Source of the DNA: Escherichia phage vB_EcoM_FB
Direction: 5' to 3' (one strand)
Sequence record: MT682711.1
Length of the DNA: 64,000 nt
Shown here one piece after another: positions 32,675-42,737 of this stretch (the stretch's first letter is position 1; every line of letters begins with the position of its first letter). A program made the position numbers and the translations under genes. The notes under the pieces were generated by a model. The model searched no databases. It saw only the letters and a program-made list of their open reading frames with translations, and was not told where the DNA came from.

Positions 32675-34198
32675 TTATAGACCAGTTTGAGACCAATCAC
32701 CGAATACATCTTCAAATGTATCAGCTTCTGTTTTATCGAAACGCCAACCTTTAATGATTGGAAGGAAAATACCTACAGTATCAGTACGTCCTTTAGAATG
32801 AACCCAACCATTACATTCACAGTCAGCAATACGTCCAATCAACTTACCTTCACGAGCTTGTTTCATAAGAAGTTCACGGTCTAAATCAGGACGGTCTTCC
32901 AATGGAATCAATACCTTTTTACCTGATTTATCTTTCTTATGGGTAGTATCTTTAAAGCCTGAACCACAGTCACTTGTAATTCGACGACAACGTGATACTA
33001 ACTCAACACCACCTAGTTTGTTAGGGTCCTTCGAGTGTTCATAATAACCTACCACTTCTAAAGCGATATCGATTACTTCTTTGAACTTGATAAGATTCTT
33101 AGAACGGCGGTTTTCCCAGTAGGAGTCCATGTTCTTAAGGATAATGCCTTCCAGACCTTGGTCGACATATTTCTTATAAACGACTTTAGCTTCTTCAAGA
33201 TTATTAACCCACTGGTTTTCGATAGCTTCAACACGCGTTGTGCCATGCAATACGACATTATGAGCCACCATAAGTTCTAAGGCTGTAAAGCGTACATCAT
33301 ACTTATCGCCTTTAATTTTGCCTTCAGAATACACGACATCCAGTGGGACATAATCCCATGCCTGTAATACCATACCAGCGGCTTCAGTAGCCGAAATAGT
33401 TCCTTGAAGAGCCTTATTAGCCAATCCATTTGACGTAGAACGATCGGCGACAGTTTGGAATTCCTTAGCCTTACTTAATTCAGGAAGTTCCTCGTCAAAC
33501 ATACTAAACAAATCATTAGATGCTTTAGGTTCTACCTTAGGAGTATGGTAAACTAATTCGCCATCAATCATAACGCCATTAGGATGGCGTTGTCGAGCTT
33601 CTTCGGTCATGGCCATTAATTCAGCCGCCAAAAGATTAAGCCCTTGATATTCGTTACCACCACGAGTAAGGAATGTCACACCATCGTTACGAACTTCGGC
33701 AAAACAACGAGCACCATCAGCTTTTAATTGAGCAAACGCTGGCCATTTAATATTTTTCTTAATCAAAGCTTCATCATAAGAACTCGCCAACATCTGCGGT
33801 TGTTCAGGGATTAAACCTTTCCAACCCTTGTTAGCAATAGAAATCGATGCACCACATTCAAGGTCGCGCATCATTACACGACGTAATACCTCGGCATCCG
33901 GGGCCTTAGCATCAGCAATGATTTGAGCCAGTTCTTCAATAGCCGCATTACCCGTAATCTTACGTGTGGCTAATGTGAATTCAGCGAAATCAAGAAGGTC
34001 TTCAAGAGTAATCATACCAAAGGATTGAGATGTAAATCCAGGTTCTGGCCACTTTTTAATACCGTAGTTCAGACGACGGGTATAAGCCATACGATAAACA
34101 CGTTTCAGAAGCTCATTGTCCTTTTCACGAGCAATAATGGCTTCTTTAGCTTTAGTAGAATCAATAGCAGCAATTTCGTTTAAAATATCTAAAATCAT
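32675..34198 (-). CDS. 30: ATP-dependent DNA ligase gp30
   Basis: Start re-set to ATG 34198 (GAGGTGA SD); MILDILNEIAAIDSTKAK...; adenylation motif KADGARC; matches my recollection of T4 ligase. Confidence 0.95.
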   Translation of the reverse strand: MILDILNEIAAIDSTKAKEAIIAREKDNELLKRVYRMAYTRRLNYGIKKWPEPGFTSQSFGMITLEDLLDFAEFTLATRKITGNAAIEELAQIIADAKAPDAEVLRRVMMRDLECGASISIANKGWKGLIPEQPQMLASSYDEALIKKNIKWPAFAQLKADGARCFAEVRNDGVTFLTRGGNEYQGLNLLAAELMAMTEEARQRHPNGVMIDGELVYHTPKVEPKASNDLFSMFDEELPELSKAKEFQTVADRSTSNGLANKALQGTISATEAAGMVLQAWDYVPLDVVYSEGKIKGDKYDVRFTALELMVAHNVVLHGTTRVEAIENQWVNNLEEAKVVYKKYVDQGLEGIILKNMDSYWENRRSKNLIKFKEVIDIALEVVGYYEHSKDPNKLGGVELVSRCRRITSDCGSGFKDTTHKKDKSGKKVLIPLEDRPDLDRELLMKQAREGKLIGRIADCECNGWVHSKGRTDTVGIFLPIIKGWRFDKTEADTFEDVFGDWSQTGL

Positions 34199-34208
34199 AA
34201 TCACCTCA

Positions 34209-34487
34209 TTAGTCATGGATTCTATTATAAGCCACATCAGCCAAAAGCAAGTCTAATCGCTTATGATAAGAGAACACAAATCTCATTCGCCCATCAGATT
34301 TGAACTTGGACATAAAGTGGACATAAATGAATCCCTGTTCGACGCATTCGCGCCAAACAGGATGGTCTTTAGCCGGATTTACATCAAATGAGTAATCATG
34401 ATTCACATGACGAATAAACTGGTTTACATGGCCATAATCCATTGTAGTGGTAGGACCATAGTCTGAAATTGTATGAACTACAAACAT
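34209..34487 (-). CDS. hypothetical protein (30.1 slot)
   Basis: 92 aa from ATG 34487; no recognizable motif. Confidence 0.45.
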   Translation of the reverse strand: MFVVHTISDYGPTTTMDYGHVNQFIRHVNHDYSFDVNPAKDHPVWRECVEQGFIYVHFMSKFKSDGRMRFVFSYHKRLDLLLADVAYNRIHD

Positions 34488-34488
34488 A

Positions 34489-35127
34489 TTAACCTCGAGC
34501 AATCCATTCAACTGCGGCATTATTACGAAGGGATTCGATTGCTGCGATATCGTCCCATGAATTAACCTTTACGGCCAAATTAGGTTTAAAGTCACGTTCA
34601 CCACGAGCCAACCAATAAACTTGGATATCCATGAGAACATTAGATGCGGCATCACAGTGGTGAGCCAAATCATCAACATAAAACTTAATACGTTTACCGT
34701 ACGTATTTTTAGCTCTTATGAAGAGGTCTTCTTTTGATTCTGAATGACCACACATCAGAATCTCCTTGAATGCGCCAGGGAACAAAGCATTCAAATTGAA
34801 TTGTCTATTCAGCAGTGCATCAATTGAGTCGCCTAGCGCAGTCACGGCTACAAAATCGAAGTCTTTTTTGAGCTTGTTGATATGTTTTAATGCGTCCATG
34901 TAAGGAGACAGATAACGAATAAAATCTGACTGATTGTACTTCTCGATTAAACGAGCGCCTAATTCATTATCACAATTAAACAGCTCACCAGGAGATAAGA
35001 AACGTTCGTCCTGAATCATATTCAAAATATGTTCTAAAGGCAAATTATATTTCTGTGCGAAATAAGGCAAGCCGGACTGCCAACTTAAACATACTCCATC
35101 GATATCTGTTAAGATAACTGGTTTCAT
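34489..35127 (-). CDS. HAD-superfamily hydrolase-like protein (30.2 slot)
   Basis: 212 aa; N-terminal motif ILTDIDGV (HAD motif I DxDG[TV]). Confidence 0.65.
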   Translation of the reverse strand: MKPVILTDIDGVCLSWQSGLPYFAQKYNLPLEHILNMIQDERFLSPGELFNCDNELGARLIEKYNQSDFIRYLSPYMDALKHINKLKKDFDFVAVTALGDSIDALLNRQFNLNALFPGAFKEILMCGHSESKEDLFIRAKNTYGKRIKFYVDDLAHHCDAASNVLMDIQVYWLARGERDFKPNLAVKVNSWDDIAAIESLRNNAAVEWIARG

Positions 35128-35582
35128 AATAAATCTCTCAATTTGTTTAGGATGTCGATAAACTCTTTTTCAGTTAGTATTGTATCACATTCTGTAAGGT
35201 GGCTCGCCATCGAATGCTTTAAAACTTTGCCCTTTGTAGCTTGTAATGCGTCGCGGAATCCTTTGTTTTGGAGCGCTGCTTCAAAATATGCATTTGTATA
35301 CAACTCTTTCCATGATGTAGAGTATCTTGAAAAGGGAATTCCAAGCCAGAAAAGCGTCCCACGGTCCGCAGCTCTTGCATAAGCTCTTCCAGTTTGTTGT
35401 GCGGCCAGACCGGACATCCCAAATATACGTTTTTGTTGTTCATGATTTCTCACCTTACACCCTTGGAGGAATCCTTCGAGCCCTCCAAATTGGATACCAT
35501 CCATAACGAAAGGCCATTTAGCAAAGTTACTTAATGCACACGATGGCCATGGAAAATTGCTTCTTATTTCTAACTCAGACAT
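35124..35582 (-). CDS. YbiA/NADAR-like (DUF1768) protein (30.3 slot)
   Basis: LSNFAKWPFVMDGIQFGGLEGFLQGCK resembles the YbiA/NADAR signature (SNFxxxPF...E..QAxK); ATG 35582 chosen, track ORF starts at an upstream GTG. Confidence 0.55.
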   Translation of the reverse strand: MSELEIRSNFPWPSCALSNFAKWPFVMDGIQFGGLEGFLQGCKVRNHEQQKRIFGMSGLAAQQTGRAYARAADRGTLFWLGIPFSRYSTSWKELYTNAYFEAALQNKGFRDALQATKGKVLKHSMASHLTECDTILTEKEFIDILNKLRDLL

Positions 35583-35787
35583 CTTTGACACTTATAATTT
35601 CGACATCAGCCCAATGACCATAACCAGGTAGACGGTCTTCAATAGATAATCCGCCATCAGATTTCAGCATTTTAATTGTTTTAGTATATGGTTCATCTTG
35701 CGGATGCACAGGAGATAAATCAGTTACACGATAAGTCACTTCGACCATTTCCGTACCTAATAATTTCTGAATCAATTTCTTAAACAT
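35575..35787 (-). CDS. hypothetical protein (70 aa)
   Basis: ATG-initiated ORF in the 30.x early region. Confidence 0.4.
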   Translation of the reverse strand: MFKKLIQKLLGTEMVEVTYRVTDLSPVHPQDEPYTKTIKMLKSDGGLSIEDRLPGYGHWADVEIISVKDV

Positions 35788-35788
35788 A

Positions 35789-35983
35789 TTATCCTCGCTT
35801 TAAACATTTGATTACAGACAGTTCACCGCCCATGCGAACGTCTTCAGTTCCATCGACCCATAGGACGGTGTAGGCTTCTTTAATAGTAACATTACCTAAT
35901 TTAAAAGCAGGTAGAACCTTTGAAATCATTCCAGGAATACCTACGCCTTTTAACTGGACTGTTTGCGATAAAAATAGTTGCAT
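35789..35983 (-). CDS. hypothetical protein (64 aa)
   Basis: ATG-initiated ORF, start overlaps stop of upstream gene. Confidence 0.4.
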   Translation of the reverse strand: MQLFLSQTVQLKGVGIPGMISKVLPAFKLGNVTIKEAYTVLWVDGTEDVRMGGELSVIKCLKRG

Positions 35984-36270
35984 TAGAACCTCATCTGAAA
36001 GCCGTGTGATTTAACATTACCGCCGTAGATGTCAGAGGTGTTGACTTCACGGGCGGCACTAGGGTCGATATTGATATCACGGTTGAGCTTAGTGATTGCT
36101 AAGGTATCACGACCATTAACAGTACGGAATTCTACTGGACATACAACATCAGCATAGGCCTTAATAGATTCACGAGTAGGTTGTTTGTCGGCAGGAACGT
36201 CTTTACCTGCTTTAGAGAAAACAACTTCACAGAAATTTTTACGAGTATCGAAATAAGTGGTCATAAACAT
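35983..36270 (-). CDS. hypothetical protein (95 aa)
   Basis: ATG 36270 with GAGGAAAA SD; hairpin GAGGC-CGAA-GCCTC (36287-36300) just upstream. Confidence 0.5.
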   Translation of the reverse strand: MFMTTYFDTRKNFCEVVFSKAGKDVPADKQPTRESIKAYADVVCPVEFRTVNGRDTLAITKLNRDINIDPSAAREVNTSDIYGGNVKSHGFQMRF

Positions 36271-36311
36271 AATATTTTCCTCAAAGGAGGCCGAAGCCTC
36301 CATTTTTAAGA

Positions 36312-36677
36312 TTAGATGTCGAATTCGTTCAGAACTACATCAAAGATTGCTTCCAGGTGTTCAGGTTTAGCTCGGTTGCTCAGGATGTGACGAATCCAAG
36401 TTTTAACCAGAAGCTTACGATTAACACCGTTCCAGCAAGGATGGGTACCTAAATCACGTTGACGGAAATCATCATCTAAAGCGATTTTAAAAGTAGAACC
36501 TTCCATTGTGATTGAAACCGTAATACCATTTTCAAAGCGCATATAAACGTAGTTAGGAGTCATGCACTGTTCGATTTCGCACACCGCGCCGTTGTTGTGT
36601 TTCCACAGGCAAATAACTTCAGAAGAACCAGCGATACCGTTAGAAACATATTTACGTTCGAAGTTGATGTAGTTCAT
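36312..36677 (-). CDS. hypothetical protein (121 aa)
   Basis: ATG 36677 preceded by conserved promoter/leader cassette. Confidence 0.55.
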   Translation of the reverse strand: MNYINFERKYVSNGIAGSSEVICLWKHNNGAVCEIEQCMTPNYVYMRFENGITVSITMEGSTFKIALDDDFRQRDLGTHPCWNGVNRKLLVKTWIRHILSNRAKPEHLEAIFDVVLNEFDI

Positions 36678-36718
36678 TTTATTCTCCAGTTTGTTTTCGT
36701 ATTATTTGGTACAGGTCT

Positions 36719-36748
36719 ATAATAACACAACCTGTACCAAAGTAAAAC
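36719..36748 (-). promoter_or_regulatory. early promoter cassette copy (GTTTTAC -35 variant, TATTAT -10)
   Basis: About 50-nt upstream region nearly identical to the copy at 37084-37135; inverted repeat GGTACAGG/CCTGTACC around the -10. Confidence 0.45.
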
Positions 36749-36750
36749 AT

Positions 36751-37083
36751 TTATTTCACAACATTCCAATTTTTCATATCAAGTTTACCAACTTTTTTCA
36801 TCTGAGCAATCAGACGTTCAGCACGTGTACGGGCATTAACATAATAGAATTCACCATTTTTGTTTTCTTCAATACGACCAGTAATTACAGTTTTCAGTTC
36901 ATAAATCCAACCTGTAAAGAAGTTGTGAAGCTCGATGGTGAATGTAAAATCAGTACCCATACCTTCAGTTGTTTCAACTTCGATGATATCACCTTCAACT
37001 GCAGTCAGGACCCACATGGTTTCTTGATATTCACCGTTGAAACATTTAGCTTTAACAGATGCATTCAGATTTACAGTTTTCAT
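36751..37083 (-). CDS. hypothetical protein (110 aa)
   Basis: ATG 37083 preceded by cassette leader identical to that of the 36312-36677 gene. Confidence 0.55.
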   Translation of the reverse strand: MKTVNLNASVKAKCFNGEYQETMWVLTAVEGDIIEVETTEGMGTDFTFTIELHNFFTGWIYELKTVITGRIEENKNGEFYYVNARTRAERLIAQMKKVGKLDMKNWNVVK

Positions 37084-37124
37084 TTTATTCTCCAGTTTGT
37101 TTTAGTATTATTTGGTACATGTCT

Positions 37125-37152
37125 ATAGTATCATGCCTACCGGAGATGTACA
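37125..37152 (-). promoter_or_regulatory. early promoter cassette copy (TGTACA -35-like, TGATACTAT extended -10)
   Basis: Minus strand TGTACA, 16-nt spacer, TACTAT with upstream TG. Confidence 0.45.
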
Positions 37153-37180
37153 CCCTTTTTTAAAGATTTAGAAACAAAAA

Positions 37181-37200
37181 TGGGACTCCGAAGAGTCCCA
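37181..37200 (-). terminator. rho-independent terminator after the 53-aa ORF
   Basis: TGGGACTC-TTCG-GAGTCCCA followed on the minus strand by TTTTTGTTTC. Confidence 0.7.
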
Positions 37201-37204
37201 TAAC

Positions 37205-37366
37205 TTATGCCTGAGGCTTACCAAAGCAAGCAGCATCTGCACGCAATACTGCACGAGCACGAGCTTGAAGCTTATCAACTACCTGATTGATACGCTTGTT
37301 GGACGCACGCTTGTAACCAGCGCGTTTAGAGGTACCGTCAACTACTTTAACTTCTTTCTTAGCCAT
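37205..37366 (-). CDS. hypothetical small basic protein (53 aa); not in ORF track
   Basis: ATG 37366 with AAGAGA SD; MAKKEVKVVDGTSKRAGYKRASNKRINQVVDKLQARARAVLRADAACFGKPQA; terminator 4 nt after stop. Confidence 0.45.
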   Translation of the reverse strand: MAKKEVKVVDGTSKRAGYKRASNKRINQVVDKLQARARAVLRADAACFGKPQA

Positions 37367-37628
37367 TTTAAATCTCTTAAATTAGGATGCAGGACTTATT
37401 GGCGTTGCCTGCGCAAGCCCTCAAGGGGAACATAGGTTTCGGATATTTAACGACAGGATAACCATAAACCTCGTCATCATACCAACCACGACTTAGACAG
37501 ATAACCTTTTTCTGACGCGTGATAGTACAAAATACATTCAAGAGGTACACCGTAAAACTGTTGGGGTCTTAAAACTATAATGATTCGCAAATCATTAATC
37601 AAACAGTTCGACGGCTCCTCGATTTAAC

Positions 37629-37877
37629 TTACTTCAGGGTAATAATAAAATGACGTACTGCTTTACGAGCTGCTGAAGCCAAAGGCTTAGCAAATTTCAG
37701 TTCATCTTTAGCTTCCAGTTCAGCAGCCAGAGTAGCCTGAGCAGGATTCAGATGTTTGAAATAACGCAGGATTTCCAGTGCTTCGGCTTCAACATCAATA
37801 GATGCGCCGTAGTTTTCGTGACCGTTGTTCCAAGCGTTGCGTTGCAGTTCAAGAGCGTGATTCAATTGTTTGTTCAT
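37629..37877 (-). CDS. rIII: rIII-like lysis-inhibition accessory protein (by position and length)
   Basis: 82 aa, same as T4 rIII; lies immediately downstream of gene 31 as in T4; sequence identity not confirmed from memory. Confidence 0.45.
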   Translation of the reverse strand: MNKQLNHALELQRNAWNNGHENYGASIDVEAEALEILRYFKHLNPAQATLAAELEAKDELKFAKPLASAARKAVRHFIITLK

Positions 37878-38015
37878 TTTAGTTTCTCAATTCGAGATAA
37901 AGATTGGTGGACACGTTCTTCTGAATTTCACTTCCTTTCGGCAAGTCTCTCAGTTGTAGTCCACCGCTTAGGATTCTCCGGTTAACTAACTAGTCCGGCA
38001 GCCAATCCATATTAT

Positions 38016-38023
38016 TATTTATA
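38016..38023 (-). promoter_or_regulatory. T4-type late promoter TATAAATA on minus strand abutting the gene 31 stop
   Basis: Reverse complement is exact TATAAATA; followed by a 140-nt structured leader before the rIII ATG. Confidence 0.5.
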
Positions 38024-38347
38024 TCACTTATAAAGGCAAGGAATAGCTTTATAGTGACAGGTAACGAATTTTTGTTTAATTTCTTTAGGTTGTTTAATAC
38101 CCAATGCAACCAACGGATGAGGCACGTTAGCAATCTTACCAACAGGAAGTGGAGTCAAATCGCCTACTTCACAAAAATCTTCAGGGACATCAGGTCCTAC
38201 AGAATAAATTTCACAAAGTTCAGGGATTTCACCTTGATGAAGTTTGCCAATAACGATACCAGATGCAGTAGTTTCTTCATCACCAGCTTGTTTTGGTTCG
38301 GAAACGAGAATAACATATTCTCCGACCGCTTTAATAGGAAGTTCCAT
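38024..38347 (-). CDS. 31: co-chaperonin gp31 (GroES analogue)
   Basis: 107 aa; [18 protein letters not shown] and C-terminal [23 protein letters not shown] match my recollection of T4 gp31. Confidence 0.9.
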   Translation of the reverse strand: MELPIKAVGEYVILVSEPKQAGDEETTASGIVIGKLHQGEIPELCEIYSVGPDVPEDFCEVGDLTPLPVGKIANVPHPLVALGIKQPKEIKQKFVTCHYKAIPCLYK

Positions 38348-38405
38348 ATTTAATCCATGTTGTTTTGTTGATAAGATAATATTATCACATTATTCTTAAA
38401 GCATA

Positions 38406-38705
38406 TTACATGACAAGCAGAGTTTCAGTCTGGAGCCCATTAACAGAAACCAGTTTATCGAAACGGAACGAGCGCCATTCGTTGAGCTTAGTATCAAATA
38501 CCCTGATATAGCTAACAGGTTCTTTACTAGCTTCTGGCTTAGGGGCCTGGATTTCTTTATATGGGAGCAGGTCCAGGTCGCGAGTACAAGTCATACGACG
38601 GACACTGCCATCTGCTTTTTCAAACAGAACTTCATGAAAGCCGACAGACAAGATAGTCTTGACTTTTTCACGAAGACAGATAGTTTCTTGTTCAGTTAAA
38701 ATCAT
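38406..38705 (-). CDS. hypothetical protein (31.1 slot)
   Basis: 99 aa, ATG start; position between 31 and cd. Confidence 0.5.
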   Translation of the reverse strand: MILTEQETICLREKVKTILSVGFHEVLFEKADGSVRRMTCTRDLDLLPYKEIQAPKPEASKEPVSYIRVFDTKLNEWRSFRFDKLVSVNGLQTETLLVM

Positions 38706-38707
38706 AA

Positions 38708-38941
38708 TTATTCCAAGACAGTTTTAATAGTGGTTGCATTACGCTCTTTTAGAGCACTTAATAGGTTACGGCAATTATCAAGAATAGGCACCGTTTTATA
38801 TTTCATGTCGGGATAAACCCACTCAGATTTATAGTACGATTTCCACCGAGAGAAAAAGTACTTTTTGTATTCTACTGAAAAGGCTACTAAGCTTTCACCT
38901 TTTGAGTTCAGACCTGAAAACTTAACTAAACGAAATTTCAT
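38708..38941 (-). CDS. hypothetical protein (31.2 slot)
   Basis: 77 aa, ATG start overlapping cd stop. Confidence 0.5.
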   Translation of the reverse strand: MKFRLVKFSGLNSKGESLVAFSVEYKKYFFSRWKSYYKSEWVYPDMKYKTVPILDNCRNLLSALKERNATTIKTVLE

Positions 38942-39486
38942 TATTCACCACAATAGTTTTGAATTGATTCCCAGTTCAGAGAACGGAGGCCTGTACGGTT
39001 ATACTGGATAACTTCAATCCCTGATTCACGGAGGATATCGTCCCAACCTTCAGGATTTCGGTCATAGAGCTCAGCATAAACCAATGTTTTAATTCCGGAC
39101 TGCGCAATAGACTTAGCACAATCAGCGCACGGAGATAACGTCACGTACATCGTAGCGCCATCAATAGAACTTCCGGTACGAGCTGCAAACAAAATAGCAT
39201 TCAGTTCGGCATGGATTTCATTTTTAGATGACCATGCAGCGTGAGCCATTCGGTGTTCTTTAAGAAGAACGGATTTATGCGACATTCGCGTCGGGTCATA
39301 CACAACACGGGTCCAGTCCTGTTCTACAGCATGGTCACAACAGTTAACACCACCGGAAGGCGAACCGTTATAACCTGTAGAGATAATGCGACCATTCTTT
39401 TCGATAACCGCACCCACTTTCCACGAACAACATTTTGATTCTTGAGAAATCAGATATGCAATCTGAAGGTATGTGCTTGCTTTCAT
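38941..39486 (-). CDS. cd: dCMP deaminase
   Basis: 181 aa; zinc-binding motifs HAELNAI and PCADCA; T4 synteny. Confidence 0.9.
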   Translation of the reverse strand: MKASTYLQIAYLISQESKCCSWKVGAVIEKNGRIISTGYNGSPSGGVNCCDHAVEQDWTRVVYDPTRMSHKSVLLKEHRMAHAAWSSKNEIHAELNAILFAARTGSSIDGATMYVTLSPCADCAKSIAQSGIKTLVYAELYDRNPEGWDDILRESGIEVIQYNRTGLRSLNWESIQNYCGE

Positions 39487-39824
39487 TACATCACCACTAG
39501 ATAAGCTGTATTATTGGTTTCGACACGATATAAATCGGTACGAAGTTTAGTGATAGATTTCACACGTGAGGTTAATATACCATAACCGTCTGGGAAGCGT
39601 TTTTGTTTATCGAAAAATACCGCTGCCGGAATTCGATCACCAATTTCAACCGGAAGAACAGTAGCCAGCACAGCATCATATGTTGAAGTATGGATGCTTT
39701 GGAAATCTTCACTCAGTTTAAAAAGGTCTTTGATGTACTGAGTAGCCTTTTCAGAGAGACCTCGATGGTCTCCGTCTTCGTCAGATTGTAAGGTGGCATT
39801 AACTGCCGGTTTTAAATTAAGCAT
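39486..39824 (-). CDS. hypothetical protein (cd.x slot)
   Basis: ATG 39824 chosen; track ORF begins at TTG 39866. Confidence 0.4.
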   Translation of the reverse strand: MLNLKPAVNATLQSDEDGDHRGLSEKATQYIKDLFKLSEDFQSIHTSTYDAVLATVLPVEIGDRIPAAVFFDKQKRFPDGYGILTSRVKSITKLRTDLYRVETNNTAYLVVM

Positions 39825-40053
39825 CAATATACACCCGCTGCGCTTCGACCAGACCATCAGAACCAAGTTTCAATTGGGTAACCTGGCCGCCATTTTTAAG
39901 ATTAACTATAACCAATACCGCACGTGGTGTTTCCTGGATTACTCGCAGAGTTGCATCAGGAAAATGTACAGAAACCTTATTAATCAGGGCCTGAGCAAAT
40001 TCTTTAACTTTAACTTGGAACTGCTCTACAGTAATAGGTTGTTCGCTCAGCAT
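39817..40053 (-). CDS. hypothetical protein (78 aa)
   Basis: ATG start overlapping upstream stop (TAATG). Confidence 0.4.
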   Translation of the reverse strand: MLSEQPITVEQFQVKVKEFAQALINKVSVHFPDATLRVIQETPRAVLVIVNLKNGGQVTQLKLGSDGLVEAQRVYIDA

Positions 40054-40607
40054 TAGATGGTCTCCAACTTAAGTTGTTTGGTAGTGGTAGCTTGGGTAAC
40101 GTCGCCTTTAACAATATAACACACTTGTTGGAACGAATTAGTCAAAAGCTCTTCAGCCTGACGATCGGCTTGTTCCTTTGTGTTATGGCGAGAATGAACT
40201 TCAATCTTACCATTTTTAACAATAAGCACTTTCCAATCGGCTGGAGTTTTAATAGGTTTGATTTCAGGGTTCTGGAAAACTAACTGCACTTCTTTAGGGT
40301 CTACCACTTCGATAAAGTATTCGAATTCATGGCTAAAAAAGCCCGCTGAATTAAAAAGAACACTATTTGCATCGTCAGGATTACCTGTCATTTTGCTCGG
40401 GTCGACAAACATCATCTCGTCATATACACGAATTCGGCTTACACGTTCACGCCCATTATGGTAATCAATTTCAACTTCAAACGGATTCATACCTACATAC
40501 TTAGCAAAAGCCGTATTGAGGCCATAAGCACCGTTATTAGTGAATTTGTTTTTAGTGTATTCACCAACGAACTTGTAAAACTTACGCTCTTCAAAGAACT
40601 TACTCAT
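40053..40607 (-). CDS. hypothetical protein (184 aa)
   Basis: ATG start; no recognizable motif. Confidence 0.5.
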   Translation of the reverse strand: MSKFFEERKFYKFVGEYTKNKFTNNGAYGLNTAFAKYVGMNPFEVEIDYHNGRERVSRIRVYDEMMFVDPSKMTGNPDDANSVLFNSAGFFSHEFEYFIEVVDPKEVQLVFQNPEIKPIKTPADWKVLIVKNGKIEVHSRHNTKEQADRQAEELLTNSFQQVCYIVKGDVTQATTTKQLKLETI

Positions 40608-40674
40608 TTCGATTTCCTCATTTGTTTCGGTAAGGTCATCATATCACCGTCCTTGGTGAAAGTAAACACCTTTT

Positions 40675-40953
40675 TTAAATTGCTTCGACAACTACCGTTT
40701 GTTTCTGGAAGTCCATTTTGCATGAAATAGCCAAAATGTGGTTATCAATTTTAAATGGAACAATTGCAAATGCTGCACCAGGCGTGAGTTGAACAGTGAT
40801 TGCATCAACTGCATCCGGGAACATGATTTCCAGAATAGCAGACAAACGACCATGCACCTTTAGTTCAGTCGACGTGTCGACGGGTTCGTATAGGTAATCA
40901 GATACAATCTGACTAAAAACTACTTTAACAATTTCAGAATAAGTAGGGAACAT
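40675..40953 (-). CDS. hypothetical protein (92 aa)
   Basis: ATG 40953 with GAGGTAA SD. Confidence 0.5.
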   Translation of the reverse strand: MFPTYSEIVKVVFSQIVSDYLYEPVDTSTELKVHGRLSAILEIMFPDAVDAITVQLTPGAAFAIVPFKIDNHILAISCKMDFQKQTVVVEAI

Positions 40954-40960
40954 AATTACC

Positions 40961-41176
40961 TCAGTGTACAGTATGGACCTTCACGTTAACAATAAACCGG
41001 TCAACGACTTCAGTCAGAGGAACGAACTCAACATAGTACTCGCCTTTGTAACGTTCATTGAGGTCATTACGAAGGGCTGCTAGTGAGTTAATGAGGGTAG
41101 GAGACATATTCTGACCTACCAGTTTCTGAAGCTCTTTATAAGCTTCTTCTTCAACTTCGTGGTGTTTGTTATACAT
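40961..41176 (-). CDS. hypothetical protein (71 aa)
   Basis: Internal ATG 41176 chosen to avoid a 113-nt out-of-frame overlap with the upstream gene. Confidence 0.35.
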   Translation of the reverse strand: MYNKHHEVEEEAYKELQKLVGQNMSPTLINSLAALRNDLNERYKGEYYVEFVPLTEVVDRFIVNVKVHTVH

Positions 41177-41365
41177 AATGTTCTTCCAAGAAGGCAAGGA
41201 GTTCAGGAGCGGATTTAAAAATACCACCATCGACCTTGTCTTCATCTTTATAGTCCATAACATCCAGGCCAATACGTCCATCAGTTAAAGGCCATACGCC
41301 GAAGAAAAAGCATTTACGTTTTTCAATTTCTTCGATTGTACGAAAAATCTTTTCGATATTATTCA

Positions 41366-41366
<1 letters not shown>
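41169..41366 (-). CDS. hypothetical protein (65 aa)
   Basis: ATG overlapping pseT stop. Confidence 0.45.
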
Positions 41367-42570
<1,204 letters not shown>

Positions 42571-42604
42571 AATAATTTCCTCAATTTTTATAATCCGTAG
42601 GAGC

Positions 42605-42634
42605 ATTATACTCTGCTCCCAAGAGTTTGTAAAC
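42605..42634 (-). promoter_or_regulatory. T4-type early promoter (GTTTAC -35, TATAAT -10)
   Basis: Minus strand GTTTAC, 18-nt spacer, TATAAT. Confidence 0.55.
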
Positions 42635-42737
42635 TACTTTCCGAAAAGACCATGCATACACATGCTGAACACAATCCCAAAACAAAAGAATGCAGCGCCA
42701 AATCTAACGGCATCCCAACCGCAAACGCATGTCTCAA

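Noticed and set aside
36751-37083. Initial thought that this 110-aa ORF was co-chaperonin gp31
   Set aside because: The true gp31 (C-terminal ...[17 protein letters not shown]) is at 38024-38347; this ORF has no GroES-like sequence and sits in the 30.x block.
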